From a virus (Duplodnaviria; Caudoviricetes), in the IMG/VR virus record IMGVR_UViG_3300032323_001121, positions 1-61,406 of that record: DNA of 61,406 bases; one strand, written 5' to 3'. A model generated the notes under the pieces. The model worked only from the letters and a program-made list of their open reading frames with translations, was not told the DNA's origin and ran no database searches. Below are positions 59,675 through 61,406 of this stretch, piece by piece (the stretch's first letter is position 1; each line of letters starts with the position of its first letter). The position numbers were made by a program, and so were the translations under genes.

Positions 59675-60643
59675 ATGAACGACAATCCTACCCACGAAGA
59701 AATGATTGAAGAAGCAGCACGGAGAGAAAAAAGTAATCGTATTCTTCAACGGTATAATGACTTTTATAACCTTGAATGTTCTGGGCTTCCACACGGAACT
59801 CCTATCACACCAGAACAGCAACAAATTATCGCATTTCAGTCTATGATTGATGCTCTCCGTTGTGAGAACCTAAACAGGGAGTATAATGAGATTGCGATTG
59901 CTGATATTGAGGACTTGATTGAGGCACTTTATCAACAATCAATTTCATTCCTTGAAAGAGTAAAAGAATTCAAAGATAGTGCGGAGGGTGTGGCATAATG
60001 TTATCACCCGCAGATAGGATTGTAGAAGCAACGATGTCTCATACTCTCCGTCCAAAAGGAAATGATAGGGAGAAAGTAATTGCTGCTGCTCTGGAATTTG
60101 TAATTGAAGAGTATGGGTATGATGATGAATATGGACTTCCAGGAACTATGAGACATGATGTAGTAGATATTGAAGACATTAGAAACCTGATTGATGAACT
60201 GAAATCAACTGTGACACTTGACGAACTGGCACAAGACCCCACCAATCCCCCTGTGGATGCCCTATAATAGTCTCATACACACAAAGGAACTCCAAATGAC
60301 TAAAGTTGTTTATAATGCCTGCTACGGTGGGTTCGGTCTTTCTGATAATGCGATGGATAGGATGGTGGAACTTGGTTATGATTTGAAACTAAACCCAAAG
60401 TATAATCCAAATGCCAAAAGTAAGTATGATGATACTGCTAGAAAATATGAATGTTGGGGGTATGTGGATTGCCCTCGTCACGACCCTATTCTGGTTCAAG
60501 TTGTAGAAGAACTTGGAGACAAAGCAAGTGATGACTGTGCTAACCTTCGTATTGAAGAAGTGTATGGTTCTTATCGTATTGATGAGTATGATGGACTTGA
60601 ACGTGTAATGACTGCTCCCGATTATGATTGGGTCACTCCCTGA
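59675..60643 (+). other. Three small hypothetical ORFs (59675, 59998, 60296)
   Basis: 60296: KVVYNACYGGFGLS...RHDPILVQVVEELG...IDEYDGLE. Confidence 0.6.
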
Positions 60644-60714
60644 ACTGGCACAGACACCCCTCCACAGGGGCACCAGATGCCTTATAATAAACAGGTAAAC
60701 ACAAAGAAACACAA

Positions 60715-61146
60715 ATGAACGTCAACGGATACGAAATCAAACCCTTTGCTTACCTTCGGGGTGCTAATCTTGTGAATGCTAACCTTCGGGGTGCTAATCT
60801 TGTGAATGCTTACCTTGTGGGTGCTGACCTTCGGGATGCTTACCTTGTGGGTGCTGTCCTTCGGGATGCTAATCTTGTGGGTGCTGACCTTGCGGGTGCT
60901 GTCCTTGCGGGTGCTGACCTTGCGGGTGCTGACCTTGTGGGTGCTGACCTTGTGGGTGCTGACCTTGCGGGTGCTGACCTTGCGGGTGCTAACTTTAGGG
61001 GTGCTAACCTAACTGGAACCATTCTTGAGAAGGAAGAAGTTACTCAAGATAACACTTCACTTTCTCAGAGAGTCAAAGAACTTGAGGAAGAACTGAAGAA
61101 ATATAAGGATACCCTCAAGTCTCTTAAGGCACTGTTGAACACCTGA
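60715..61146 (+). CDS. Pentapeptide repeat protein with C-terminal coiled coil
   Basis: A(N/D/Y/V)L.G repeats, 15-bp DNA periodicity. Confidence 0.9.
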   Translation: MNVNGYEIKPFAYLRGANLVNANLRGANLVNAYLVGADLRDAYLVGAVLRDANLVGADLAGAVLAGADLAGADLVGADLVGADLAGADLAGANFRGANLTGTILEKEEVTQDNTSLSQRVKELEEELKKYKDTLKSLKALLNT

Positions 61147-61406
61147 AGAACTGGCACAGACACCCCTCCATAGGGGCATCAGATGCCTTATAATAGTCTC
61201 ATACACACAGAACTCCAATGACTTTTCAACCTTACAATATCGTTCCCGGAACTCAAATTGTTCATACTTTGACCGACTGCTACGAACTCACCGATGAACT
61301 AGAGGAAATGGTTTATCGTGTAGAACTAAATGCTGATAATGATGGAATTTACATTCGTTCAAGTGAAAAAGGACTTGAGGAAGGTTCTAAAAACATCACC
61401 GAAGAT

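Noticed and set aside
46811-61022. Numerous short minus-strand ORFs in the early region
   Set aside because: They are antisense to well-packed plus-strand genes and have no motifs or promoters of their own.

Overview
AT-rich fragment of a large T4-like myovirus genome, most likely a freshwater cyanophage (cobS/cobT pair, TATAAATA late promoters, cyanobacterial-type tmRNA tag, trnL intron). 1-24.4 kb is a late tail-fibre/virion region. It includes three paralogous proteins with 2x6 Kelch-like repeats and hypervariable Pro-rich loops, interleaved with glycosyltransferases, 2OG-Fe(II) oxygenases and a sulfotransferase. 24.6-40 kb holds cobT-HNH-cobS, small ORFs, basic proteins with T4 capsid-targeting-like N-termini, dam and a tRNA-Leu(UAA) with a group I intron. 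40.2-45.4 kb is a tRNA array; the window has 26 tRNAs covering all 20 amino acids, plus tRNA-like RNAs and a permuted two-piece tmRNA. It is followed by an R-M-like pair and a hyperplastic region of small early ORFs, repeated promoter cassettes and homing endonucleases (about 9-10 in the whole window). Best candidates for new biology: (1) a trp-like 1:2/2:3/3:4 attenuator in front of the tRNA array, whose 32-codon leader peptide contains 19 of the 20 amino acids; (2) five endonuclease genes each preceded by a cognate late-promoter/antisense-RNA/terminator cassette; (3) a possible Pro-hydroxylation/glycosylation/sulfation pathway for diversified propeller adhesins. All calls were made by eye, without database searches.
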